Source: Desulfurococcaceae archaeon UBA285
Lineage (GTDB): Archaea; Thermoproteota; Thermoprotei_A; Sulfolobales; Desulfurococcaceae
Length of the DNA: 64,000 nt
Reading direction: 5' to 3'
Assembly (NCBI GenBank): GCA_002495025.1
Contig: DADP01000025.1
Coordinates: 6,212-70,211 of the forward strand
Shown here: positions 38,161 through 47,871 of the stretch, piece after piece
Position numbering within the stretch: the first letter of the stretch is position 1
Layout: the number at the start of each line of letters is the position of its first letter
Translations under genes and position numbers: made by a program
The notes under the pieces: generated by a model
Database searches by the model: none
Seen by the model: only the letters and a program-made list of their open reading frames with translations
Told to the model about the DNA's origin: nothing

Positions 38161-39441
38161 TTATTGAGAAAACCTGTTGACTAATTCATCAATAGATATT
38201 TTTACTTGTTCACCAGTCTTCATGTCTTTTAATGCTACTACTCCCTCACTATACTCTCTCTCACCAATTATTACCGTGTAGTCAACTCCTATTTTACCAG
38301 CATATTCTAGTGATTTAGAGAGAGATTTCGTCTTTAAGACAAAACCGTTTACTCTACGATTTGTTTTTACTATTCTATCTAGTATTTTATAGCCAATAAC
38401 TAGTGGTGTATTGCCAATTACCAATATTGCTATTTTCCGATATGCTCTCGGCAGCTCCCTCCCGCTTAGTGCTAGTGCTATTCTATCTATTCCAAGTGCG
38501 AGGCCGGTTGAATACTCAAAGGGGCCGTTGTAAACCATTGTTAAACCATCATATCTACCACCACCACCAATACTTGGAGCTCCCGGTGCGTTTTCTAATT
38601 TGTATTCAAAGATCAATCCAGTATAGTATGCCAGTCCTCTAACGAGTTTAGGCTGGTATTTAGCGTTGAAGCCTAGTTCTCGTAGAATAGTAATAAAATC
38701 TCTTAGTCTCGATTGTTCTTGTATAACTCTCTCGTATCTCTCTCCTAGAAAGTCTTTGTACTCGTTTACAAGGAATTCTACTTTGTCGAGGTCCTCGGTT
38801 GAAACCAGTCTCTCTATTATTTCTGTTTTATCTCCAACTAGGTTTTTCAACTCTGAGAGTGCTTCGTTAATTCTATCTTTATCTATTAAGTGGAGGATGT
38901 GGTCTTGTACTTCTTCACTCAAGCCCATTGCACTCATAAAAGCCCTGTATATTGCTACATTACCCACTTCATAGTAGTGTTTTACACCTATTTCTTCGAG
39001 GAAGCTACTAGCTGTAATAGCAGCGGCTAGATCACCGTTTACATCTGGGTCTCCAATAACTTCTAGTCCACCCTGCCAGAACTCTCTATACCTAGCATAT
39101 TGTGGCTCCTCGTATCTAAAACACTGTGCTACGTAGTAGAGTCTAATGGGTTTTGGCCTAGCTCTTAACTGTCTAAGATAAGCTCTAATAACACTCGCCG
39201 TTACCTCGGGCCTCAATGCTACTCTACGTCCTGCTTTATCCTCGAATACATACATTGACTTCTTTATTTCCTCGCCACTCTTGGCTTCAAAGAGCGAGAA
39301 GTATTCTAGTGTAGGAGTTATAATCGGCTCGAATCCATGTCTTCTAGCGGTTGACTTGAATTCTTCAAATAAATACTCGTATAATTCAGCGTCTTCGCCA
39401 ATAATGTCCCTCATACCACGTGGTGGATTATACTCGCTCAT
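38161..39441 (-). CDS. hisS: histidyl-tRNA synthetase
   Basis: PRGMRDI, class II motif 2 (RLYYVAQCFRYEEPQ) and GGGGRYD. Start taken at MSEYNPP. Confidence 0.9.
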   Translation of the reverse strand: MSEYNPPRGMRDIIGEDAELYEYLFEEFKSTARRHGFEPIITPTLEYFSLFEAKSGEEIKKSMYVFEDKAGRRVALRPEVTASVIRAYLRQLRARPKPIRLYYVAQCFRYEEPQYARYREFWQGGLEVIGDPDVNGDLAAAITASSFLEEIGVKHYYEVGNVAIYRAFMSAMGLSEEVQDHILHLIDKDRINEALSELKNLVGDKTEIIERLVSTEDLDKVEFLVNEYKDFLGERYERVIQEQSRLRDFITILRELGFNAKYQPKLVRGLAYYTGLIFEYKLENAPGAPSIGGGGRYDGLTMVYNGPFEYSTGLALGIDRIALALSGRELPRAYRKIAILVIGNTPLVIGYKILDRIVKTNRRVNGFVLKTKSLSKSLEYAGKIGVDYTVIIGEREYSEGVVALKDMKTGEQVKISIDELVNRFSQ

Positions 39442-39982
39442 TTTTCTCAACCCATAAATCAACTAGATTAGACTCGTAATATGTTAACTCTCCCTGTAAA
39501 CTCACGATTGCAAGAGTCGCCTTTAGATTATTCCTTCTAGCTTCATCGATTAATTCTACGAGACGGTTTACACTGACTGAATACTTCTCTTCGAGAATAT
39601 ATACTAGTCTTAAATCACCTGATTTGTCTTTAACGAGGAATTTCATAGGGCCTAATACTCTAACTCTCCTACCCCTTTCTCTAAGGTCTTTAAATACTGA
39701 TAGCATAGGCCAGAAGCTAGTATCAAAACACTTATTGTATTGTGAAACAAGTTCTTGTAGTGTACTTATATCTTTATCTCCATTCTTTACAACTACTCTA
39801 CTATTCGATAATAGATATGCTAGTTCAACAAGGTTTAATACAAAAACCCCTTCTCTATAAACACCAAACCATTTTTCATGTAGTTCATCTGTTAACGAAT
39901 TCCTCTTTGTGAAGCCAACACAGTTGTTTTCATCGAAAAAGACGGTTAATTGATCATTTCGAGTAGTCATTAAAATAATCAC
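39428..39982 (-). CDS. tRNA-splicing endonuclease family subunit, probably the non-catalytic (structural) subunit
   Basis: LNLVELAYLL, VFKDLRERGRRVRV and LKATLAIVSLQGELTYY match the EndA fold. By eye-alignment to M. jannaschii EndA, the catalytic Tyr and His positions are K and L. Confidence 0.6.
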   Translation of the reverse strand: MIILMTTRNDQLTVFFDENNCVGFTKRNSLTDELHEKWFGVYREGVFVLNLVELAYLLSNSRVVVKNGDKDISTLQELVSQYNKCFDTSFWPMLSVFKDLRERGRRVRVLGPMKFLVKDKSGDLRLVYILEEKYSVSVNRLVELIDEARRNNLKATLAIVSLQGELTYYESNLVDLWVEKNERV

Positions 39983-40272
39983 CTATTCACTGGAAACCCT
40001 CTCTCTAAGAGTCTAACCATAATGTACTCGCGTGGTAGAACATTTAATAGTTCTTCAAATACACGTTCTTCTCCAATAATGTCTACTAGTAGAAAACCAC
40101 TTGTTTTCAATATTGATACAATTGAATCTCTACAATTATAAACTACGAGATCTCCTCTTTCAACACTACCTCTATACAGCTCTATACAACTACTTGTTAA
40201 AACACGCCTAATTCCTTCTTCAACGCCTGGATCTCTTGTTGACAAGTCGAGTGCTATGTGTTTTATAAGCAT
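39979..40272 (-). CDS. hypothetical protein (97 aa)
   Basis: ORF whose stop overlaps the endonuclease-subunit start by 4 nt. No recognisable motif. Confidence 0.45.
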   Translation of the reverse strand: MLIKHIALDLSTRDPGVEEGIRRVLTSSCIELYRGSVERGDLVVYNCRDSIVSILKTSGFLLVDIIGEERVFEELLNVLPREYIMVRLLERGFPVNR

Positions 40273-40280
40273 AAAGCTGT

Positions 40281-40565
40281 CTACCCAAATACTTCTTCAA
40301 TATAATCGTCGAGTTTAGAGGGTTTTACAATTTCTACTTTAAACCCCATTTCGCGTAGTTGGTCGTGTATTTCTGGGTCTACTTCTACTGTGGCGATTAT
40401 CCATGGATCGTATTCTTCTAGTATATCCTCTAGTAACTCTATACTTCTAGGTTTCTTTAATCTAGCAGTAATCTTCTTTGAGTCCATGTCGTATACTACT
40501 AGTTCTTCTGCTTCGTTAAAACCAACTATTTCATTGTTTTTACAAGTGAAAACAATAGATGCCAT
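40281..40565 (-). CDS. hypothetical protein (94 aa), weak NifX/NifB-C-like (DUF-type) resemblance
   Basis: ORF 8 nt upstream of the 97-aa ORF on the same strand. The resemblance is pattern-level only. Confidence 0.4.
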   Translation of the reverse strand: MASIVFTCKNNEIVGFNEAEELVVYDMDSKKITARLKKPRSIELLEDILEEYDPWIIATVEVDPEIHDQLREMGFKVEIVKPSKLDDYIEEVFG

Positions 40566-40715
40566 TACTATTCAACTCGACGATTTAATTCGTTGTGAAT
40601 AATACTGGTATACATACTTATAAAATATAAATGGTGGTTTGAAATTACAAGTCGGCTAGTTGTCGACTATGAAAGAGTAAAACTAGTTGCAAGTGAATTA
40701 AAGAAAATAGAATAT

Positions 40716-41516
40716 GTGTTTCTTCAATTGTTAACTAGAGATCCACAGTATACAGCTGTTAAAAACCTACTTGGAGCTCTAGGTAGTAGTTGGACGGCTC
40801 TACTAGTTGTTTCAAACGCGTTAATAAGCTATCAGCTATCTATACCGGGCGAGGAGTATTGGACAGTGTTTTCAAGGTATTTTAGCAAGCCAAGTATTGA
40901 ACCACTACCCACTAGATTTGAAAAATTCCTCGTTGAAACACACTGCACTAGAAACCTAGATCAGAAAATTAAGAGAATACGAGTTTTCACCTCTTCTAAA
41001 CTAGCTGAGAAACTAGTTGCTAATCCACTACAATACTGTAGTAGAGTAAAAGACCTAGTAGACGAATTATCACGTACACTGGGAGTAGACCGGGATAGTA
41101 AAACCATTGTATTTGCTGCAAAAATGTATGGATACTACTGTATAGCTAGTGGTTTAACACCTGATTTCACAGGTATATCTATACCAGTAGACTATAGAAA
41201 CGCACTGCTCGCTCTAACAAGCTGTATAGTAAGTAATTGCAATAATGTAGATTTACACAAGTGTGCTAAAGAATTAACAAGTAGTAGCTACAGCAGAGTA
41301 GTTAGAAACGCTTGGAATAATGTTTGCACAATTACACAAATACCATGTCTACTACTAGACGTATTTACATGGTTGTTTACAGGGATTGCAGTAGAGAACT
41401 CTTTCAACCCGGAAAAAACCGTTGAAACACTATTAACCAAACACGGTGTAAGTATACCGTTGGAAACAGCTAGAATACTATTAGAGTGTGCTGGGAGATA
41501 TGTGCAACACCATTAA
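40716..41516 (+). CDS. archaeal 8-oxoguanine DNA glycosylase (AGOG family N-glycosylase/DNA lyase)
   Basis: NALISYQLSIPGEEYW, LGVDRDSKTIVFAAKMYGYY and ISIPVDYR match my memory of the Pyrococcus AGOG sequence. The N-terminus appears short; see finding. Confidence 0.75.
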   Translation: MFLQLLTRDPQYTAVKNLLGALGSSWTALLVVSNALISYQLSIPGEEYWTVFSRYFSKPSIEPLPTRFEKFLVETHCTRNLDQKIKRIRVFTSSKLAEKLVANPLQYCSRVKDLVDELSRTLGVDRDSKTIVFAAKMYGYYCIASGLTPDFTGISIPVDYRNALLALTSCIVSNCNNVDLHKCAKELTSSSYSRVVRNAWNNVCTITQIPCLLLDVFTWLFTGIAVENSFNPEKTVETLLTKHGVSIPLETARILLECAGRYVQHH

Positions 41517-42090
41517 ATCAGAAATAATTGTTTTAATTGCCAAAGCACTCTACGATAAATCAATAGAGCATGGAATACACCACGTTGAAAGAGTATACAA
41601 GTGGGCATTGAGAATAAGAGAAAACGAAAAACTCGACGTAAATCCACTACTTTTAAAACTAGCTGTCTACCTCCACGATATTGGAAGAGAAATAGGCGAT
41701 CCACACGCATACTACTCTGCTTTAATCACCGAGGAGTTACTAAGAGAAGCAGAGTGTAGTGAAATAGAAGTAAAACAAGTCGTCGAGGCAGTAAAAGCAC
41801 ATAGTTTTAGCTATTCTAAAAACAACAATGTAAATCCAGATGTATTGGGTAGAATACTCAGTGATGCAGATAAACTAGATGCACTTGGATTAATTGGTTT
41901 TCTACGTGTATTCCTATACAGTGAAAAACACGGTAGGAGCTTAGAGGATTCTCTCAACCACTTCTACGAGAAGATATTAAATCTACGCAAGCTTATACAC
42001 TACAACTACTCTAGAAAAATAGCAGAGAAATACACTGAGAGAACTCGTTTCCTAATTGAACTACTAGAAAGAGAGTTGAATGGAGAATAA
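41488..42090 (+). CDS. HD-domain metal-dependent phosphohydrolase
   Basis: HHVERV...YLHDIGR...DADKLDALG. Confidence 0.8.
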   Translation: MLGDMCNTIKSEIIVLIAKALYDKSIEHGIHHVERVYKWALRIRENEKLDVNPLLLKLAVYLHDIGREIGDPHAYYSALITEELLREAECSEIEVKQVVEAVKAHSFSYSKNNNVNPDVLGRILSDADKLDALGLIGFLRVFLYSEKHGRSLEDSLNHFYEKILNLRKLIHYNYSRKIAEKYTERTRFLIELLERELNGE

Positions 42091-42092
42091 TT

Positions 42093-42974
42093 CTACTTCA
42101 ATCCCTCGAAACTTGCAAGCGATGCTATCAACGCTGTAATCTCGCTTGCCCATTCAAAGTTTAATTTATTCTTTCTAAACAATACGTCTAATTCATACAT
42201 TATCTTCGCGCATTCTGGTGTAGCCATGTATTTACAATTCTGTGCTTCTCTTACTTTGTCTTGGAGGGATTGTGGAATGTGTTGTTTTATCAAGTCCATG
42301 TAGAGTGCTATCAAGGCGTTTTCAAGTGATTTATACTCTTTGTGTAAATCAACTAGTTGTTTTAAATAGTGGAAGACAACTCCTTCTTTTGAATCTACTA
42401 GTGTAAATCCACGCCACTTAGAACTCAATACTCTAAATACCTCGTTGAAAGTTACTCCCGACCTTAAAAGTGTTATTTGTGTATAACCAGTTGCTTGTAA
42501 ATGTTCATACATATCGTTACGACCGACAACTCTAAAGACCTCTATTAATTGTTTTATATCACTCCACTTGTTTACCCCGTTTATTGTTTCAAGTGCTTTT
42601 TTAAACTTGTTGCTCTCTTCGAGAATGCTTTCTACGTCGCTGAGGCCAATAGTAAAGCCGAATACTGAGAGGGGGATGAGGTATTCTGGGTGTACGCCAC
42701 TACAGTTTCTAAAGCTTTCTTTTAAAGGCCCAGTAAACAGTTTTGCGTAGTCTACACTTGTAGCTACTAACTCTCCTTTTCTAACACGTACACCCGCTTC
42801 AACTGCTTCTACTAGGAAATCTATACTCGAAGTGATATTACATACTACTTCATCGAGTATTTTAACTGGTACTAGTCTGTGGACTCCACCGGGCTTTATA
42901 TATGCGTTTACCCCCGTTAATACTCCTCTTACAAGTGTTTTTACTATACTTAAAGACTCCTCCATTGAATACAC
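42093..42974 (-). CDS. hypothetical protein (293 aa); faint resemblance to archaeal CitG-like (triphosphoribosyl-dephospho-CoA synthase family) proteins
   Basis: The only recognisable element is an IKPGGVHR motif near the N-terminus. Otherwise helical. Confidence 0.3.
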   Translation of the reverse strand: MYSMEESLSIVKTLVRGVLTGVNAYIKPGGVHRLVPVKILDEVVCNITSSIDFLVEAVEAGVRVRKGELVATSVDYAKLFTGPLKESFRNCSGVHPEYLIPLSVFGFTIGLSDVESILEESNKFKKALETINGVNKWSDIKQLIEVFRVVGRNDMYEHLQATGYTQITLLRSGVTFNEVFRVLSSKWRGFTLVDSKEGVVFHYLKQLVDLHKEYKSLENALIALYMDLIKQHIPQSLQDKVREAQNCKYMATPECAKIMYELDVLFRKNKLNFEWASEITALIASLASFEGLK

Positions 42975-43004
42975 CAGTCAAAAACTAGTTATATACAACG
43001 ACTC

Positions 43005-43694
43005 CTATATCTTGATTTCAACGAGTTTCTTTCTTGCTGGGAGAGCTACATTGTATACTGGAACGTCTTTTACATAGACTACTTCGTATAATCCTAGATG
43101 AACATGTCCATGAATTACTAAGTCTATAATCTCCTTTCTAATTACTTTCTCGAATCTTGTAGAAGCTAGATATGGATATGTCTCTATTTTCTCGCCTACT
43201 AGGTTTTTTCTCGTTACACCATAGTGTGAAATCAAAACTATTTTTCTACAACCTTGATTTCTCAGATTTAACGCCATTTGCTCTATTTTAAATGGTAGTT
43301 CAATGTAGTATTTCTGTATATCTGGTATATTTCTAGCCTGCCATGGAGTTGGCTTGTCCAACGCCCCTCTTGTCCCTATAATACATAGTTCATTGTCATT
43401 AAGAGTAGTGTAGTCATCGTTTAGCCATGTTACTTCTTTATATATTGACATATATAGTTTTTCGTAGCCCCTATACTCGTCATTTCCGAAGACAGAGATA
43501 ATTCTAGCTCTTGGAAACCGTTTTGAAACAACATCTAAGACGTGTCTAAGAGCAAATACATTGTTTCTTTCAACCATGTCTCCAGCAAATACAATTATAT
43601 CTGGTTCACTCACAGTGTTTTTAAGCGCCTCTAGAAATAAAGGTAGATGCGTGGGACTGTGGACGTCTGAAGTAGCCAGTATATTCATTACCAC
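43005..43694 (-). CDS. calcineurin-like metallophosphoesterase
   Basis: SDVHSP, FAGDMV, GNDEY and HGHVH motifs. Confidence 0.8.
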   Translation of the reverse strand: MVMNILATSDVHSPTHLPLFLEALKNTVSEPDIIVFAGDMVERNNVFALRHVLDVVSKRFPRARIISVFGNDEYRGYEKLYMSIYKEVTWLNDDYTTLNDNELCIIGTRGALDKPTPWQARNIPDIQKYYIELPFKIEQMALNLRNQGCRKIVLISHYGVTRKNLVGEKIETYPYLASTRFEKVIRKEIIDLVIHGHVHLGLYEVVYVKDVPVYNVALPARKKLVEIKI

Positions 43695-43735
43695 ACCTCT
43701 ATATTAATTTAAAAACCCCTCTATCCCTTAGATAT

Positions 43736-43993
43736 GTGGGAAGGGTGAAAAATATGACTATTGGCTTGCTTAGAGGTGCAAATAAACCAGGACATAAGGG
43801 TTGGACGACAGAGAAGTGTATAATGTGTGCTACAACACTAGACTTCTTCCAGGGATATGAGTTAAAGAACATATATTATTGTCCAAAATGCCTATCTAAC
43901 GGGTTAAAAGCATATTTCTGTGCAGCAGACGCTAGAAAAGTACACTATAAATGCCCATATTGTAGAAACGAGTTAAAACCATATTTTGAATAA
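43736..43993 (+). CDS. small zinc-ribbon protein (85 aa)
   Basis: CIMC...CPKC...CPYC cysteine pairs. Confidence 0.45.
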   Translation: MGRVKNMTIGLLRGANKPGHKGWTTEKCIMCATTLDFFQGYELKNIYYCPKCLSNGLKAYFCAADARKVHYKCPYCRNELKPYFE

Positions 43994-43994
43994 T

Positions 43995-44210
43995 TTATTT
44001 AAAGAGACTGCGTTGTCCATTGTAAACCTCTATTCTTATAGCTCTCTTTGGACAAATAGGTATACATACATAGCACTCTAAACACTTTGATTCATTGACT
44101 AGCAATTGATTATCTCTAATACTAAATACGTGGCCAGGACAATACTCCACGCAGAGACCGCATAGATCACACTCCTCCCTTTCAACTAAAACAACTACGT
44201 GCAAAAACAA
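43995..44210 (-). CDS. 2x[4Fe-4S] ferredoxin-domain protein
   Basis: CDLCGLCVEYCP and CLECYVCIPICP. Confidence 0.8.
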   Translation of the reverse strand: MFLHVVVLVEREECDLCGLCVEYCPGHVFSIRDNQLLVNESKCLECYVCIPICPKRAIRIEVYNGQRSLFK

Positions 44211-44275
44211 TACACCTCTATAACCACCAGCTATGTTTAAAACGTGTTAAACACTAAAAGTTTTGTGAATTAAAG

Positions 44276-44935
44276 GTGTTTGTTGTGCTTGTTAAAGCCG
44301 ATTTACACATACACTCGTCTTTTAGTGATGGGAGAGCAGGGCCTCTAGAAATACTCTATACTGCTCGCGAGCACGGTTTACAAGTTGTATCAATAACCGA
44401 CCACGATACATTTACTGGTAGTATACACGCAAAACGATACATGGAAAACACTGGTGTCCTCGTAATACCTGGAGTTGAAGTTAGAAGCGAGCATGGAGAT
44501 ATACTCTTATACTGTGAGAGAGAAATAGATTTTCCACGTAGAGTAGATGCTCTAATAGAAAAAGCACACAGTGAAAACTGTTTAATTGTACCAGCACACC
44601 CATTCGACACTCTCAGACTGGGTATAGGCGACCTTGTATTTGAATACAGAGACTGGGATGCTATCGAGGTATGGAATGCATCTGCAACAAGAGGAGCTAA
44701 TAAAAAAGCAATTGAAGCAGCGAGAATACTCGGCAAGCCAGGACTAGCAAATAGCGACGCACACATACCCGGCGAGATCGGCGCTGCATTCAACGTAATT
44801 GAAGTAAGTGATTTAAAAATAGAGGCTATTTTCGAATCTATTAGAAAGGGGTTGACAAGGCCTGTTTATGGAAAACCCCCTTTTAAAACAAGAATAGACA
44901 GAGTAATATGGAGTATTGAAAAACTATTTAGATAG
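44276..44935 (+). CDS. PHP-domain metal-dependent phosphoesterase
   Basis: ADLHIHSSFSDG and ITDHDT motifs. Confidence 0.8.
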   Translation: MFVVLVKADLHIHSSFSDGRAGPLEILYTAREHGLQVVSITDHDTFTGSIHAKRYMENTGVLVIPGVEVRSEHGDILLYCEREIDFPRRVDALIEKAHSENCLIVPAHPFDTLRLGIGDLVFEYRDWDAIEVWNASATRGANKKAIEAARILGKPGLANSDAHIPGEIGAAFNVIEVSDLKIEAIFESIRKGLTRPVYGKPPFKTRIDRVIWSIEKLFR

Positions 44936-44939
44936 AAAA

Positions 44940-47402
44940 TCAGCGTTGAATATAAACTCCTCCACCAATATCAATAGTGTTTTCTGGTGGTTTCTCCTCG
45001 TAGAAATCAACGTTCTTTAATCCATGTAGGTCTACTAGTTCTTCTAGTGCTGGTTTAATACTTATTGGTAGGTATACTTTGACTTCTAGTGGCTGTGATA
45101 GTTTTAATCCATTTTCCTTCTTGTACTTCCATATAGCGTGATTAACCTCTATTACCTTCAATGCTAGGTCTGGGTTTTCTTCTAGGTATTCTTCTTCTGG
45201 TTCTGGGAATACCTCTTTATGGACTGTTCTACCATATAGTTCTCTATAAATAGCGTCTGTTACAAACGGCATTATTGGTGCTAGTGCACGGAGAATAGCT
45301 TTTAACGTGTAGTGTAGTACATACCAAGCTGCCTTTTGTTCCTCCACGCTGTATTTACCACTAGCATTGTAAGCTCTTGTCTTAGTTAGCTCTAAGTAGT
45401 GTGATGCAAAGTAGTTCCATGTAAACTGGTATATTTCACTTACTGGTATGTATACATCTAGCTCTCTATATCCAGAGTCTACGTTGAGTAATACTCTATT
45501 GAGTAGTGCAAGTGTAGCTCTATCTATTGGCCTCAATTCGTATGTATCTGGCTCTGGGAAGTTTGATATGTATCTAGCTATATTCCACAGCTTGGTTGCA
45601 AATAACAGTCCTGTTTTAATTGTTGCCTCACTAAACCTGTAGTCGTAGCCTAGTTTAGCACTAGATGCAGCCCAGAATCTAAAGGCGTCTGCACCATACT
45701 TCTCTAGGAATGGCTCTGGATCTATTACATTACCTTTTGATTTATGCATTGCTTCTCCTTTCTCGTCTAATCCCATTCCACTTATACGTATCCATCTAAA
45801 TGCTGGTTTACCAGTTAACTGGTATACTCTGAGAATAGTGTAGTATAGCCATGTTCTAACAATGTCTACGCCCTGCGGTCTAATAGTGTTCTTGAATGCT
45901 TTATTAAATAATTTGGGGTTTCTCAAGTAGCCTGTAACATATAGTACAGAGATACTGCTGTCAAACCACGTGTCGAATACTTTCTTCTCGCCTTCTAACT
46001 CGCTAGCTGGTGCTCCACACTTAGGGCATTTATCCCATGGTGGTGGGTCTCTCCATGGCTGATAGTATCTACCGGGTTCTGGTACTAGTATAGCACCACA
46101 CTTTCTACATCTCCAAACAGGTACTTCTGTAGCGTAGAATCTATCTCTACTTATTGGCCAATCAGTTGTAACAGAGTTAATCCAGTCTACTAGTTTTACC
46201 TTGTGGAATTCTGGTTTAAACTCCATTTCATCAATTAGTTTTAGTAGTGCATCTTTGAATTCTAGTTGTTTAAGAAACCATTCACGCGCGTGTATTATTT
46301 GAATTGGTGTTTTACACCTCCAGCAAACAGGAACATAGTGTTTTATCTTTTCTTTCTTTAATAGCAGGCCTTTAGCTTCTAGTAGTTCTACTGCTTTAGC
46401 TCTCGCCTCTCTAATAGTTAATCCTGCTAGTGGGCCGGCTTCTTCTGTTAGTTTTCCATCTTTGTCTACTATTACTATTGGCTCTAATCCCAGGTCTCTA
46501 AACATAACAACATCTGCGTGGTCTCCATAACTACATATCATTACTAGTCCTGTACCGAAATCAGGGTCTATTATATCGTGTTGTAGAATTGGCATTTCAT
46601 GACCGTATAATGGGTTAATAGCTACTCTACCCTCTAAGTGTTTATACCTCTCGTCTTTTGGATTATATGCTAGTGCTTTACAAGACCTGAGTAGCTCGGG
46701 CCTCGTAGTAGCTACAACTAGGTATTCACTAGAGTCTTTCAATGGGAATTTAATATAGTATAAATAGCCCTCTTCCTCTAAATACTCTAATTCAGCGTCT
46801 GCAAGAGTAGTTTTACACCTGGGGCAGAAGTTTACTGGCCTCTCCGCTTCGTATATCAATCCCCTATTAAACAACTCAATAAATGTTGCTTGTGTTATAC
46901 GTCTATATTCGGGGCTATCAGTACCATTCCTCCAGTAGTCAAAACTGCATCCAAGTCTCTTCCATATCTTTACGAGTTCTTCTTCTGTTTTATCTAGGAA
47001 AGCCTTGCACATTTCTAGGAATTTCGCTCTCCCCTCTGGTGTTTTAGCGTATTCATGAGCATTTATCTTGTATGCTTTTTCTACTTGCACTTCAACTGGT
47101 AGTCCATTTCTATCAGCGTAAAATGGGACAATAACGTTGTATCCCTTCATGCGGAAGTATCGTGCAATCATGTCTATTTGAGCATAGTGTGCTGCTCCAC
47201 CAACATGCCATTTTCCACTCGCATATGGTGGAGGAGTATCTATTGCAATTATTTCTCTGGGGTCTTCGGGGGAGAAGTGGAACTCGTATAGTTTCTCTTC
47301 TTCCCACTTCTTAGCTAATTCTAGTTCTCTACTTGGATCCCACCTAGTAGAAGATATTTTTGGTTTAAACTCCTTAATCATAGTGTTTCTCGCCCTTACC
47401 AA
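44940..47402 (-). CDS. valS: valyl-tRNA synthetase
   Basis: Class I enzyme: IDTPPPYASGKWHVGGAAHY (HIGH region), DWPISRDRFYATEVPVW, FDTWFDSS and MHKSKGN (KMSKS). The 813-820 aa size fits crenarchaeal ValRS. Confidence 0.75.
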   Translation of the reverse strand: MVRARNTMIKEFKPKISSTRWDPSRELELAKKWEEEKLYEFHFSPEDPREIIAIDTPPPYASGKWHVGGAAHYAQIDMIARYFRMKGYNVIVPFYADRNGLPVEVQVEKAYKINAHEYAKTPEGRAKFLEMCKAFLDKTEEELVKIWKRLGCSFDYWRNGTDSPEYRRITQATFIELFNRGLIYEAERPVNFCPRCKTTLADAELEYLEEEGYLYYIKFPLKDSSEYLVVATTRPELLRSCKALAYNPKDERYKHLEGRVAINPLYGHEMPILQHDIIDPDFGTGLVMICSYGDHADVVMFRDLGLEPIVIVDKDGKLTEEAGPLAGLTIREARAKAVELLEAKGLLLKKEKIKHYVPVCWRCKTPIQIIHAREWFLKQLEFKDALLKLIDEMEFKPEFHKVKLVDWINSVTTDWPISRDRFYATEVPVWRCRKCGAILVPEPGRYYQPWRDPPPWDKCPKCGAPASELEGEKKVFDTWFDSSISVLYVTGYLRNPKLFNKAFKNTIRPQGVDIVRTWLYYTILRVYQLTGKPAFRWIRISGMGLDEKGEAMHKSKGNVIDPEPFLEKYGADAFRFWAASSAKLGYDYRFSEATIKTGLLFATKLWNIARYISNFPEPDTYELRPIDRATLALLNRVLLNVDSGYRELDVYIPVSEIYQFTWNYFASHYLELTKTRAYNASGKYSVEEQKAAWYVLHYTLKAILRALAPIMPFVTDAIYRELYGRTVHKEVFPEPEEEYLEENPDLALKVIEVNHAIWKYKKENGLKLSQPLEVKVYLPISIKPALEELVDLHGLKNVDFYEEKPPENTIDIGGGVYIQR

Positions 47403-47464
47403 TCATACACTGTAATCTATCATCTTCAACTACTGGTGTATATATAGAGAGGTATTATTTAAGA

Positions 47465-47818
47465 TTAAATCTGTTCTCCACGAGCTATTCTCCAAGATAG
47501 CTCGTAGAGTGCTTGAATCTGATTATATCCTGGTTTCTCTCTACAGAGCCATTTAACACTAATTGTTTCTCTCTTACCACTTGTTTTCACACCTATAATA
47601 GTGATTTTACTGGGATTGCATGGATATTCTTGACTATTGTTTAGAGTGATCTCTTTTACTAGTAGACAAGTGTTGTTTATGCATTTTTCAACTGGTTCTC
47701 CTAGACGCCAATCAGTAATATATACATCTACTGATACTAAGAAGCCCCCTTCATCTTCGAGGACGACTACTCTATAGTAATTATCGAAGTAATACTCGTT
47801 TACTCCCTCCACGCTCAA
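47465..47818 (-). CDS. hypothetical protein (117 aa)
   Basis: ORF only; lies between the PflX-like gene and valS on the same strand. Confidence 0.4.
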   Translation of the reverse strand: MSVEGVNEYYFDNYYRVVVLEDEGGFLVSVDVYITDWRLGEPVEKCINNTCLLVKEITLNNSQEYPCNPSKITIIGVKTSGKRETISVKWLCREKPGYNQIQALYELSWRIARGEQI

Positions 47819-47871
47819 ATCTTGCTACACCTCGTTTCCAGTATTGTCTTTAATTAGAGAAGTAGTTTAAA

